Below are positions 1 to 9,163 of a stretch of DNA of 64,000 nt, piece after piece. Within the stretch, counting starts at the first letter, position 1; each line of letters starts with the position of its first letter. This stretch comes from Candidatus Latescibacterota bacterium (GTDB lineage Bacteria; Latescibacterota; UBA2968; UBA8231): assembly GCA_964291625.2 (NCBI GenBank), contig OZ220089.1:2496001-2560000 (forward strand), written 5' to 3'. The notes under the pieces were generated by a model, which did no database searches, was not told the DNA's origin, and saw only the letters and a list, made by a program, of their open reading frames with translations. The position numbers were made by a program, and so were the translations under genes.

Positions 1-1481
1 ACCTCGATCCGGTACTCGTACACCTTCCCCGGCTCCAGCATCGCCTCCCGCTCCCGGCTCTCCCGGTAGCGGCCCCGCCGGATGCCGTCGCACAGGTTCA
101 TGGCGTATCCGCTCGGGGAGACGTCGACCAGCTTGGCCGTGAAGTCCGTGTCCGGTCCGTCGGTGGCCGCGTAGAGCACGGCCTCCACCGGCCCGATCAC
201 CTCCAGGTCCTCCTCCAGCACCGGGCTCGTGTAGACGAGCACGTCCCCCCGCATCTCCACGGGCCGCTGATCGTGGGGTCCCCAGGGCACGATGTGGGGC
301 GAGCAGCAGTTGTTGCCGCCCAGGGTCTGCACCGGGTGCTCGGGGTCGTAGACGAACTCGTCCGGCGGCTCTTCCCCCGGCGCCCCCCGGGCCAGGGCGC
401 CGTCGCCGAGGACCGAGTTGGCCCGGCCCCCGGAGTGCAGGTGCCAGTCCTGCCAGTCGGTGCGCGCCAGGGGCCACTCGTGCTCGTCCCGCCACTCGTT
501 GGAGCCCATGACGAACAGGCGCAGCGGCGGCTCCTGGTCGACGCCGTTGTCGCGGCCCCTGAGCCAGTGGTCGAACCAGCGCAGCTCCTCCAGCTCCAGG
601 TCCACCAGGGAGCTCTCGCCGAAGTCGATGTCGCCGGTGCGCGTGGACGTGCTCAGCGAGTGGGGCCAGGGCCCGACGATCAGGCGGCTGCGGCGCGCCT
701 CCTCGGAGCCGCCGGAGAGCCGCAGCCCGTTGAAGTTGGAGAAGGTCTGGCTCGCGTAGAGGTCGTACCAGCCGCCCATGTTGAAGGCCGGCGCCCGGAC
801 GCGGCCCCACTGCGGCTCGTCGTCCATGGCCGCCCAGTAGTCGTCGTACGCCGGATGTGCGATCCAGTCCTTCCAGAACGGCAGCCGCCGGCCGCCGGCC
901 GCGTCCATGTCGACCACCGGCAGGGAGCGGAAGGCCTCGGTCCAGTTGTGGAAGTCGATGTCCTGGCCGGTGCGCGCGTGGGTGCGCATGCCCCAGGTCA
1001 TGGCCACGTTCAGCTGCAGCGCCCCTCCCGGGTACACCAGCCCGCTGTGGTAGTCGGCGCAGATCACCCGCGGCGCCATGCACTTGAGGAAGCGGCTGGC
1101 CAGCGGCGCGGGACGCAGCTGGGTGGTGCCCACGTAGGAGGCGCCGGCAGTGCCGATGCGGCCGTTGCACCAGGGCTGCGCGCCGATCCACTCCTGGGTG
1201 TCGAAGCCGTCCTCGGCCTCGTTGAGGAAGGGGTAGTAGTCGCCGTCGGAGTCCCAGCGGCCCCGGCAGTCGCCGACGACGCAGGCGTACCCCGAGCCGG
1301 CCAGCCGCCGGCCCTTCTCGATCATCGGCTCGATGCTGTTGCTGTAGGGGGTCCGCATCAGCACGGCCGGCACGGGGCCGGCGCCCCGGGGCAGGTAGAT
1401 GTCGGCCGAGAGCTCAACCCCGTCCCGCATCGGCACCCGCACGTCGACCAGGCGGTCGACACGGTATGTCTGGCTGCTCAT
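1..1481 (-). CDS. CocE/NonD family (peptidase S15-like) hydrolase, partial (3' end runs off window)
   Basis: Manual translation of minus strand: VPMRDGVELSADIYLP, RTPY, DCRGRWDSDG, EAEDGFDTQEWIGAQPWCNGRIG, G-A-S-Y-V-G nucleophile elbow, GGWYD, GPWPH, DTDFTAKLVDV. Absent from ORF track because it has no stop inside the window. Confidence 0.92.
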   Translation of the reverse strand, partial: MSSQTYRVDRLVDVRVPMRDGVELSADIYLPRGAGPVPAVLMRTPYSNSIEPMIEKGRRLAGSGYACVVGDCRGRWDSDGDYYPFLNEAEDGFDTQEWIGAQPWCNGRIGTAGASYVGTTQLRPAPLASRFLKCMAPRVICADYHSGLVYPGGALQLNVAMTWGMRTHARTGQDIDFHNWTEAFRSLPVVDMDAAGGRRLPFWKDWIAHPAYDDYWAAMDDEPQWGRVRAPAFNMGGWYDLYASQTFSNFNGLRLSGGSEEARRSRLIVGPWPHSLSTSTRTGDIDFGESSLVDLELEELRWFDHWLRGRDNGVDQEPPLRLFVMGSNEWRDEHEWPLARTDWQDWHLHSGGRANSVLGDGALARGAPGEEPPDEFVYDPEHPVQTLGGNNCCSPHIVPWGPHDQRPVEMRGDVLVYTSPVLEEDLEVIGPVEAVLYAATDGPDTDFTAKLVDVSPSGYAMNLCDGIRRGRYRESREREAMLEPGKVYEYRIE

Positions 1482-1495
1482 GGCCTTCTCCACGC

Positions 1496-1556
1496 TTGCG
1501 GCCGTGTTGCCGGGTCCGCCTCCGGCGTTCCGGCCGGCGACACAGGCCCGCCGCAA
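1496..1556. repeat. Intergenic long imperfect inverted repeat (REP-like/mRNA-stabilising hairpin)
   Basis: TTGCGG...GTGTTGCCGG pairs with CCGGCGACAC...CCGCAA; fills most of the phyH-cocE intergenic gap. Confidence 0.5.
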
Positions 1557-1560
1557 CCCT

Positions 1561-2352
1561 TCATGGAGCCCAGGAGGTCAGCCGCGGCATCAGGAGGCGC
1601 CCCCCTCGGGCCAGCGGCATCCCGGCGAAGGCGCAGCGGTTGTTCCACTCGTCGACCGCCTCCATCGTCTTGTACTCGTTGATGATGGCGTTGCGGCTGC
1701 GGTCCGTGTAGTTGTGCCCGGCGCGGTGGACGACGAGCACGTGGATGATCACCACGTCGCCGGCCTCGACCTTGCAGACCACCCGGCGGGACTCGTCCAC
1801 ATCCTCCTGCACCAGCGTCGACTCTCCCTCCGCCGTCGGCAGGGCCCGGCGATGGCTGCCCGGGATCACCTCGGTGGCCCCCGCTTCGAGGTCGGTCGGG
1901 TCGAGATAGGTGATCGCCGCGGCCAGGCCCGGCTCCGAGTGCCGCTCGTAGGGCCAGTCCTGGTGCCAGCCCTGGCCGGCCACGAAGCCGGGCGGCTTGT
2001 TGCGCACCTTGCCGTTGTGGAAGTCGATGTTCGGTCCCAGGCAGTCGACCATCGCCGAGACCACCCGCGGCTCGGTGAACTGGTCGAACCAGAAGTCGCC
2101 CGCCAGGGTCTGGTCCATCATTCCCACCACGTTCTTCGGGTTGAAGCCGTCGGGCGGGTATCCCTCGGGCGCCTTCATGAAGGAGTAGCTCATGTTGGCG
2201 GGCCGTCCCTCCGTGCGGGTCACCAGCCGGTGGTACTGCCGCCGCAGCTCCTCAAGCGCCTGGCCCTGGTAGAACCCGGGCAGGTGGAGGTAGCCGTTCT
2301 CCTCGAAGAAGCCCTTCTGCTCCGTGGTCAGAATCTTCAGTCCGCTGCCCAT
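1561..2352 (-). CDS. Phytanoyl-CoA dioxygenase (PhyH) family Fe(II)/2OG dioxygenase
   Basis: FFEENGYL, WHQD (HxD), GATEVIPGSH, AGDVVIIH..VVHRAGHN...R; start 2352 or 2364. Confidence 0.9.
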   Translation of the reverse strand: MGSGLKILTTEQKGFFEENGYLHLPGFYQGQALEELRRQYHRLVTRTEGRPANMSYSFMKAPEGYPPDGFNPKNVVGMMDQTLAGDFWFDQFTEPRVVSAMVDCLGPNIDFHNGKVRNKPPGFVAGQGWHQDWPYERHSEPGLAAAITYLDPTDLEAGATEVIPGSHRRALPTAEGESTLVQEDVDESRRVVCKVEAGDVVIIHVLVVHRAGHNYTDRSRNAIINEYKTMEAVDEWNNRCAFAGMPLARGGRLLMPRLTSWAP

Positions 2353-2368
2353 CGCGGCCCCCACGCCC

Positions 2369-3478
2369 TCAGGACCCGACCCGCTCGGTGGTCATCGTGT
2401 AGCGCTCCAGCACCTCCCGGTCGATCTCGATCCCCAGACCCGGACCGGAAGGGACCGCGACGGCGCCGTCCTCCAGCCGGAAAGGCTCAGGGCTCAGCTC
2501 GGTGCGCAGGGCGTTCTCGGTCATGTCGAACTCCAGCAGGCACGGCTCCGGGAACAGGCCGGGAGCATCGGGAATCGTGGACTGCCAGTGCAGGGTGGCG
2601 GCCAGGCGGATCGAGGTGCCCCACATATGGGGGAGCACCTGGACACCGTGGGCATTGGCCAGGGATTCCACCTGCCGGCACACAGTAAAGCCTCCTGCTA
2701 TCGAAATATCCGGCTGAACGATATCAAGTGCTCTCTTTGAGACCAGGTCCCGGAAAGCGCTCAACCCTTCAAGGGCTTCTCCGCCCGCGATCCGAAGCCC
2801 CGAACCAGCCCGGATCTCCCGGTAGGCCTCCACCTCGGTGGGCGGCACGGGCTCCTCGTACCAGTAGATGTCGTGCTCCGATATGCTCCTGATCGACTCC
2901 AGGGCCGTGCTGCGGTCGTAGGCGCAGTTGGCGTCCACCGCCAGCAGCACATCAGGGCCGATCGCCCGCCGCACGGCCGCCACCCTGGCGGCGTCGTTCC
3001 GGGGGCCGTGGCCGATCTTCATCTTGACGGCCGGGAACCCGGCCTCGGCGTAGCCGGCGGCCTCGGCCTCCACTCCATGAACCGGATCACTTTCCGACCA
3101 CAGGAACAGCCCGCTGGCATAGGCCGGCACCCGCTCCCGCACGGCCCCGCCCAGGAGTTGGTGGCAGGGCCTCTCCGCGGCCTGGCCCATCAGGTCGAAG
3201 AGGGCGATGTCGACGGCGCTCACCTGCGCCATGGAAGCCCCGGCCGCCGCCAGCTCGCGGCCGATGACGCCGGCGTCGAAGGGATCCCTGCCGATCAGCC
3301 GGTCGGCGAGGACCCCGGCCGAAGGCGCCCGGACGCCCTCTCCCCATCCCGTCAGGCCGTCATCCGTGATCACCTCGACGACCCCGGCGGTCCGGGCACG
3401 GTTCCAGGTCGTGGAGTTGGCGAACTTCCGCCGCACGGGGTACCGAAGGTCGTAGGTGTGGACGCTCTGGACTCTCAC
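2369..3478 (-). CDS. Mandelate racemase/muconate lactonizing enzyme family (enolase superfamily) protein
   Basis: TDDGLTGWGE, AVDIALFDL, KMKIG (KxK), VDAN, WYEEP, AGGE, DIVQPD, PH motifs; GTG start inferred. Confidence 0.9.
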   Translation of the reverse strand: MRVQSVHTYDLRYPVRRKFANSTTWNRARTAGVVEVITDDGLTGWGEGVRAPSAGVLADRLIGRDPFDAGVIGRELAAAGASMAQVSAVDIALFDLMGQAAERPCHQLLGGAVRERVPAYASGLFLWSESDPVHGVEAEAAGYAEAGFPAVKMKIGHGPRNDAARVAAVRRAIGPDVLLAVDANCAYDRSTALESIRSISEHDIYWYEEPVPPTEVEAYREIRAGSGLRIAGGEALEGLSAFRDLVSKRALDIVQPDISIAGGFTVCRQVESLANAHGVQVLPHMWGTSIRLAATLHWQSTIPDAPGLFPEPCLLEFDMTENALRTELSPEPFRLEDGAVAVPSGPGLGIEIDREVLERYTMTTERVGS

Positions 3479-3653
3479 GCTGTCCCTCGCGGGGGATCCG
3501 GCGGGTGTTGGGCACCGAAGGGTCGGCTGCACTCTCTTGCCCGATCGAGTAGTATAGCGCCATCGACGCGGCGGACCAGCTTGGGACCGGTGGCTGGAAT
3601 CAATCCGCTTGGTTGATTCCCACCCCCCGGTTCTGTCCCCGAACGCTGGTGTC

Positions 3654-5036
3654 ATGTTCACCACCCTCCTCCTGCGCGAGCTGCACTACCACCTGCTCAC
3701 CTACCGATTCGCCCTGTCGGCGGTGCTGCTGTCCGTGCTCGTCGTCGGGTCGTCCCTGGTTCTGGGCCTCAACCACGACCGCCGTCTGGATGCCTACGCC
3801 GAGGCCAAGACGGCCCGGGAGCAGCGCCTGGCCGAGTCGGTCGACTTCCGAACTCTGCGGTGGCGGGGGACCCAGCACGAGAAACCGCCGAATCCCCTCT
3901 CCGTGTTCACCGTCGGCCTCGAGCGCGAGCTGTCGCGGTCGGTCTCCATCTCGCGGGGAGAGCCCGAGCTCGGCCGCAGCAAGTACGCCAGCGCCCTGTA
4001 CGCCCTGTTCCCGCCGCCGGACCTGCTCTACATCGTCAACATCGTCGGCTCCCTGCTGGCCATGCTCTTCGCCTTCAACGCCATCTCCGGCGAGCACGAG
4101 GAAGGCACCCTCCGGCTGGTCATGTCCAACGCCGTGGCGCGGCACACCGTTCTGCTGTCGAAGTGGATGGGGGGCTACCTCGCGTTGATGGGCCCGTTCC
4201 TGGCGGCCGTGCTGTTCGGACTGTTGCTCGCCACCCTGCTCACCTCCTTCGAGCTCGGCATCGACGAGTGGGCCGCCTTTGTTGGCATGCTCGGCGTGGC
4301 CGCCCTCTACCTGTCCCTGTTCTTCACCCTGGCCCTCGCCATCTCCGTGTACGCCAGACGGTCGTCCACGTCCCTGGTGACCGGGTTTCTCGTCTGGGTC
4401 CTGCTCGTGCTCGCCGTGCCCAATGTCGCTCCCATCGTCGCCCGGGCGGCCTTTCCGATTCCGTCCCCGGGCGCCATCGCCGGAGAGCGCGAGGCGATCC
4501 GGCGCGCCGCGTGGTCCCAGTTCCGGGGCCGGAACTGGCGCGGCATGACCCGCGAGCAGCGCGACGAGCTGCGCCAGCAGGCGGAGACGGAAGCGGACCA
4601 GAACACCGAGCGGTTGCTCGACGACTACTCCCGCCGCCTGGACCGTCAGGTGGCGGCCGGCGTCGCCCTGGCCCGGATCTCGCCGTCCTCCAGCTACGTC
4701 TACGCCACCGCGTCCCTGGCCGGGGCGGGGCTGGAGGACTACGCCGGCCTGCGCGGCTACATCGACCGCTACCGCGATCGGAACCTCGAGGCCCTGGCCG
4801 CAATCGAGCGGGAACGCCGCCTGCTGGCCCAGGGGGTTCAGGACTCCGAGGAGCGGAGCGAGATCATGGAGGCCCCCATCGATCCGGACGACCTGCCCGC
4901 CTTCGCGCCTCCCCGGCGGCCGCTCGTGGAGGTGCTGACCAGCAACGATGTCGACCTGCTGGTGCTGATCGTCCTCAACGGCGTCTTCTTCCTCGCCGCC
5001 TACGTCGGTTTCCTGCGGTTCGATCTCGTCGACTGA
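3654..5036 (+). CDS. ABC-2 type transporter permease subunit
   Basis: Multiple TM segments; ISGEHEEGTLRLVMSNAVAR..VLLSK (E..GTL..L..P..R..IL.K signature). Confidence 0.8.
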   Translation: MFTTLLLRELHYHLLTYRFALSAVLLSVLVVGSSLVLGLNHDRRLDAYAEAKTAREQRLAESVDFRTLRWRGTQHEKPPNPLSVFTVGLERELSRSVSISRGEPELGRSKYASALYALFPPPDLLYIVNIVGSLLAMLFAFNAISGEHEEGTLRLVMSNAVARHTVLLSKWMGGYLALMGPFLAAVLFGLLLATLLTSFELGIDEWAAFVGMLGVAALYLSLFFTLALAISVYARRSSTSLVTGFLVWVLLVLAVPNVAPIVARAAFPIPSPGAIAGEREAIRRAAWSQFRGRNWRGMTREQRDELRQQAETEADQNTERLLDDYSRRLDRQVAAGVALARISPSSSYVYATASLAGAGLEDYAGLRGYIDRYRDRNLEALAAIERERRLLAQGVQDSEERSEIMEAPIDPDDLPAFAPPRRPLVEVLTSNDVDLLVLIVLNGVFFLAAYVGFLRFDLVD

Positions 5037-5045
5037 GCCCAAGTC

Positions 5046-6425
5046 GTGCTGCGCGCCCTGATCGCCAAGGAGTGGCTCACCAGCCTGCTGGAGTTGCGGT
5101 TTCTCGTCTGCGCGGCCCTCTGCGTGCTGCTGGGCATCATCAGCGTCGTCGTCCTGCGGGCCGACCTGGAGGCGCGGCGCACCGAGTTCGGCCGCAACCA
5201 GTCCCTGTACCGGGACCAGGCGGCCGAGTACGGATCCTACCGGAACCTCCAGCGCCGGGGCGTGCGCGTCGACCGGCCGCCGCAGTCCTTCCAGGTCCTG
5301 TTCTACGGGGTGGAGAAGACCCTGGACCGCACCGCCGTGGTCTCGGAGGACTACCTGCCCGGCTTCCAGGGCGACCTGAACGCGAACCCCGCCATGCTGC
5401 TGTTCCCCGTGGCCGACATGCTCTTCGTGGTGGCCGTGGTCCTGAGTCTGCTCGCCTTCTTCATCTCCTACGACACCGTCGCGGGCGAGCGAGAGTCGGG
5501 CACCCTGAAGCTGGTCATGTCCTACCCGGTGCCGAGGGACCTCCTCATCCTGGCCAAGTGGCTGGGCGGCTACTTCAGCCTCGCCCTGCCCTTCCTGGCG
5601 GCGCTGATCATCGGGGCCCTGCTGATTTCCATGTCCGGCGAGGTGCCCTTCACGGCCACCGACTGGGAAGCCTTCGCCGTCACCGGCCTCGTCTCCCTGC
5701 TCCTGCTGGCGGTCATGTTCTCCATCGGCCTGCTGGTCTCGGTCCGGGCCCGCTCGTCCTCCACGGCCATCCTGAGCCTGGTGGCCCTGTGGGTGCTGCT
5801 GGCCCTGGTGGTCCCCAACCTCGGCCCCTACCTGGCCGAGCTGGCGGTCCCCGTGCCGGACGTGGGAGCGGTGGAGCGCGAGATCGGCCTGCGCACCGAG
5901 GCCATGTCCGCGGCCTACCGCAGCCAGTGGCGGCGGGGCGGCCGCTCCTTCCGCAACATGACGGCCTCCCAACGCACCGAGTTCTTCCGCCAGAGGCGGG
6001 AACAGCGCGACCAGCTGCAGAAGGACGTCAACGAGGCCTCGGCCGAGATCATCTCCGACTTCGAGAACCGCCTGCGCCGCCAGACCGACATGGCCCGCGT
6101 GCTCACCCGCGTCTCACCGGTGGCCTGCTTCGTGTACGCCAACACCGACATCGGTGCCACCGGGGTGCGCCACGAGGAGCGCCTGATCGGCTCTCTGCGT
6201 CAGTACCAGCGGCAGTTCGCCCGCTATGTCGCCGAGCAAACGGAGGCAGCTGCGGACAGCGGAGAGGAGTACGACATCGACGAGCTGCCGGACTTCCGGT
6301 ACCAAAGCGACGGCATCCAGGAACGCCTGGATGCCCGGGTCGTCGACGTGCTGCTGCTGGCCCTGTTCGCCGTCGCCTTCTTCATGGCGGCCTTCGTGAG
6401 CTTCCTCAGAGGCGAGGTGAGCTGA
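5046..6425 (+). CDS. ABC-2 type transporter permease subunit (paralog of upstream gene)
   Basis: VAGERESGTLKLVMSYPVPRDLLILAKWLGG; same architecture as 3654-5036. Confidence 0.8.
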   Translation: MLRALIAKEWLTSLLELRFLVCAALCVLLGIISVVVLRADLEARRTEFGRNQSLYRDQAAEYGSYRNLQRRGVRVDRPPQSFQVLFYGVEKTLDRTAVVSEDYLPGFQGDLNANPAMLLFPVADMLFVVAVVLSLLAFFISYDTVAGERESGTLKLVMSYPVPRDLLILAKWLGGYFSLALPFLAALIIGALLISMSGEVPFTATDWEAFAVTGLVSLLLLAVMFSIGLLVSVRARSSSTAILSLVALWVLLALVVPNLGPYLAELAVPVPDVGAVEREIGLRTEAMSAAYRSQWRRGGRSFRNMTASQRTEFFRQRREQRDQLQKDVNEASAEIISDFENRLRRQTDMARVLTRVSPVACFVYANTDIGATGVRHEERLIGSLRQYQRQFARYVAEQTEAAADSGEEYDIDELPDFRYQSDGIQERLDARVVDVLLLALFAVAFFMAAFVSFLRGEVS

Positions 6426-6456
6426 ACCGCCTCGGCGGCCGTCGGGACAGCCCGCC

Positions 6457-7020
6457 TCAACCTCCCGGGGAGAGCTCTCCGGGATCCCTCAGCAACCCGG
6501 CGAAGCGCTCGCGGTATTTGGCCACCTTGGGACCCACCACCATCAGGCAGTAGGGCTGGGCCGGGTTGCGCCGGTAGTACTGGCGGTGGTAGTCCTCGGC
6601 CGGCCAGAACCGTTCCAGGGGCTGGACCTCCGTGACAATGGGGTCGGCGAACACCCCCCCTTCCTCGAGATCGGCGATGAGCTTGGCGGCCGTTGCCGCC
6701 TGCTCCTCGTCGTGGGTGAAGATGACGGAGCGGTACTGGGTCCCTATGTCGTGGCCCTGTCGGTCCTTCGTCGTGGGATCGTGGATGCCGAAGAACACCT
6801 CGAGCACCTCCCGGTAGCTGACCGCGGCGGGATCGAATCGCACCTGCACGACCTCGGCGTGGCCCGTCAGGCCCGAGCATACGCTCTCGTAGCTCGGGTC
6901 GGCGGTCCGTCCGCCGCTGTAGCCCGATTCGACGGAGACGACGCCCCGCATCTGCTCGTAGACCGCCTCCAGGCACCAGAAACAGCCACCTCCCAATGTC
7001 GCGGCGGCGGAGGGGGTCAT
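6457..7020 (-). CDS. msrA: Peptide-methionine (S)-S-oxide reductase
   Basis: GGGCFWCLE, GYSGG, GHAEVV, HDPTT..RQG.DIGTQYRS, AEDYH.QYY; ATG overlaps stop of upstream gene. Confidence 0.96.
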   Translation of the reverse strand: MTPSAAATLGGGCFWCLEAVYEQMRGVVSVESGYSGGRTADPSYESVCSGLTGHAEVVQVRFDPAAVSYREVLEVFFGIHDPTTKDRQGHDIGTQYRSVIFTHDEEQAATAAKLIADLEEGGVFADPIVTEVQPLERFWPAEDYHRQYYRRNPAQPYCLMVVGPKVAKYRERFAGLLRDPGELSPGG

Positions 7021-7976
7021 CGATCGAGATCCTCGGCGGCGCCCGCCACCGCCATGGGACCCAGGGATGCCCGGTCGTGGGGGGCAGTCAGATCCTGGTC
7101 GGGTCCGGCAGGGACGATGCCGCCGGGATTCAGGTCCTCGTGCGTGCCGTAGTAGTGGCGCTTGATGTGATCGAAGTTCACGGTCTCCGCGATCCCCGGC
7201 TGCTGGTAGAGGTCCCGAAGATAGCCGGACAGGTGGGGATAGTCGATGATCCGGCGCAGGTTGCACTTGAAGTGTCCGTGATAGACGGCGTCGAAGCGCA
7301 CGAGGGTGACGAAGAGCCGCCAGTCGGCCTCCGTGATCCGCCCCTCCACCAGGTAACGCTGCCCAGCAAGGCGTTCCTCGAGCCGGTCAAGCGCGGCGAA
7401 GAGTCTGCGTACTCGCCGGTCGTAGGCGCCCTGGGAGCGCGCGAAGCCGCACCGGTAGACCCCGTCGTTCACATCGGCGTAGACCAGATCGTTGACCTCA
7501 TCGATCTCCTCGCGCAACGCCTTGGGGTAGAGGTCGAGATCCCGGTCGGTGAAGGCGTCGAACTCCCGGGTCAGCATCCGCATCAGATCGTCGTCCGCGT
7601 TGCTGACGATCCGCCCGGTGATCTTGTCCCACAGGACGGGAACGGTGATGCGTCCGCGGTACCCCGGATCCGTGGCCAGGTAGGCCTGGCTCAGGAACTC
7701 GAAGCCGTTTACGGGATCGGCGCCGTGGCCATCCCCGTCCCGGAAGGCCCAGCCGCGGTCGTCCCGCATCGGGTCGACGGCCGTCATGCCGATGACATCC
7801 TCCAGTCCCTTCACCTCCCGCACGATGATGGTGCGGTGGGCCCATGGGCAGGCCCAGGAGACATAGAGGTGGTAGCCTCCGGCCTCGGCCGGGTAGCCCG
7901 ATGAGCCGTCGGCCGTCACCCGATCGCGGAAGGCGTCCTCGGAGCGGACGAACTCTGCTGGATCGCGCTCATCCAT
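7017..7976 (-). CDS. yqjG: Glutathionyl-hydroquinone reductase (GST omega/Xi class, YqjG-like)
   Basis: YHLYVSWACPWAHR, TVPVLWDK, TEADWRLFVTLVRFDAVY.GHFKCN, HIKRHYY..H..LNP.GIVP.GP. Confidence 0.9.
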   Translation of the reverse strand: MDERDPAEFVRSEDAFRDRVTADGSSGYPAEAGGYHLYVSWACPWAHRTIIVREVKGLEDVIGMTAVDPMRDDRGWAFRDGDGHGADPVNGFEFLSQAYLATDPGYRGRITVPVLWDKITGRIVSNADDDLMRMLTREFDAFTDRDLDLYPKALREEIDEVNDLVYADVNDGVYRCGFARSQGAYDRRVRRLFAALDRLEERLAGQRYLVEGRITEADWRLFVTLVRFDAVYHGHFKCNLRRIIDYPHLSGYLRDLYQQPGIAETVNFDHIKRHYYGTHEDLNPGGIVPAGPDQDLTAPHDRASLGPMAVAGAAEDLDR

Positions 7977-8019
7977 ACGCAGGACCTATACTTGAGCCGC
8001 CAACCTCCGGAGACAGACC

Positions 8020-9087
8020 ATGACCACCTACCGAGTCGGCGTCATCGGCCTCGGCCGCATGGGGTCGACCATCGACGACGAAGGCCACTCCCGCCTGCCC
8101 TACTCCATCGCCGCCTCCGCCCGGGCCAGCAGCCGGCTGGAGCTCGCCGCCGGCTGCGACCTCCTCGCCGAAAGGAGGGCGGACTTCACCGAGCGCTGGG
8201 GCGTGGAGGCCGTGTACGAGGACTTCCGAGCCATGGTCGAGCAGGAGAGGCCGGACCTGGTCGCCGTGTGCACGACGGCCACGGGCCTGCAGAAGCCGGG
8301 CCGGGAGAGCCCCGATCCGTCCTTCCGCGGTGACTCCCATGCCGACCTAGCCGTCGCCCTGGCCGACATGGCTGTGCCGATGGTCTACGTCGAGAAGGCG
8401 ATGGCCTGCTCCATGGCGAGGGCGGACGAGATCCGCGACGCCGTGAAGCGAAACGGCACGGTCTTCAACACCGGCGTGCTGCGACGCTTCGACAACCGCT
8501 ACGACGTGGTGCGCGACGCCGTGCTCGGGGGCCGAATCGGCGAACCCAGGGTCGTCGTCCACTACGCTTCCTCGAACCTCCTGCATGGCCACATCCATTC
8601 CATCGACACGGTCTCCTGGCTGATCGGGGACCCGGAGATCACCCACGTGCGCGGGGAGTTCGATCCCCCCGACTACGTCATCGAGGACGGCCACGTCCCC
8701 TTCGATCCAACCTCCACCTACCAACTGCGTTTCGCCGGCGGCGTGCAGGCCTGGTCGGTCCCGGCCGCCCCCTGGGAGTTCGAGGTCATTGGATCCAACG
8801 GCACCGTCCGGTCCCTGGGCAACGGCGCCGGCGCCAGCCTGCGGCTCGGCGAGGGACGCAACTGGACCGATGCGGCGCTCCCGGCCGTTGAACCGAGGAG
8901 CACGGTGGTCTCCTGCCTGGAGGATCTCTTGGACGCGCGCGAGCAAGGCCGGCCGACGCGGGGCCACATCGACGTAACCCATCACATCACCGAAGCCTGC
9001 CTCGGCGTGGCGGAGTCCCATCGGCGAGGTGGGGCCTGGGTCGAGTTGCCCGGCGTCGACCGCGATCTATACGTCTTTCACGTCTGA
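8020..9087 (+). CDS. Gfo/Idh/MocA family oxidoreductase
   Basis: VGVIGLGRMG Rossmann motif, PDLVAVCT, VYVEKAMA, H.ID. Confidence 0.85.
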   Translation: MTTYRVGVIGLGRMGSTIDDEGHSRLPYSIAASARASSRLELAAGCDLLAERRADFTERWGVEAVYEDFRAMVEQERPDLVAVCTTATGLQKPGRESPDPSFRGDSHADLAVALADMAVPMVYVEKAMACSMARADEIRDAVKRNGTVFNTGVLRRFDNRYDVVRDAVLGGRIGEPRVVVHYASSNLLHGHIHSIDTVSWLIGDPEITHVRGEFDPPDYVIEDGHVPFDPTSTYQLRFAGGVQAWSVPAAPWEFEVIGSNGTVRSLGNGAGASLRLGEGRNWTDAALPAVEPRSTVVSCLEDLLDAREQGRPTRGHIDVTHHITEACLGVAESHRRGGAWVELPGVDRDLYVFHV

Positions 9088-9090
9088 ATC

Positions 9091-9162
9091 CAGCAGCGCG
9101 TACATACGAAGGCGGCCCCGCCCTGAGACAGAGGCCGCCTTGCTTTTCGGGCGAAGCTGCTG
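9091..9162. terminator. Hairpin between convergent genes, probably a bidirectional terminator
   Basis: AAGGCGGCC(9109-9117)/GGCCGCCTT(9133-9141) followed by GCTTTT; outer CAGCAGC/GCTGCTG arms. Confidence 0.6.
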
Positions 9163-9163
9163 C

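Noticed and set aside
273-1682. 469-aa plus-strand ORF and many other long antisense/alternate-frame ORFs (e.g. 3600-5972, 22979-26020, 28177-30672)
   Set aside because: Shadow ORFs typical of high-GC DNA; they overlap well-supported genes and have no recognisable motifs
1851-1861. 11-bp match (GATGGCTGCCC) to the tRNA-Gln 3' end, possible att site
   Set aside because: Short, inside an intact CDS, no integrase nearby, and the intervening genes are housekeeping
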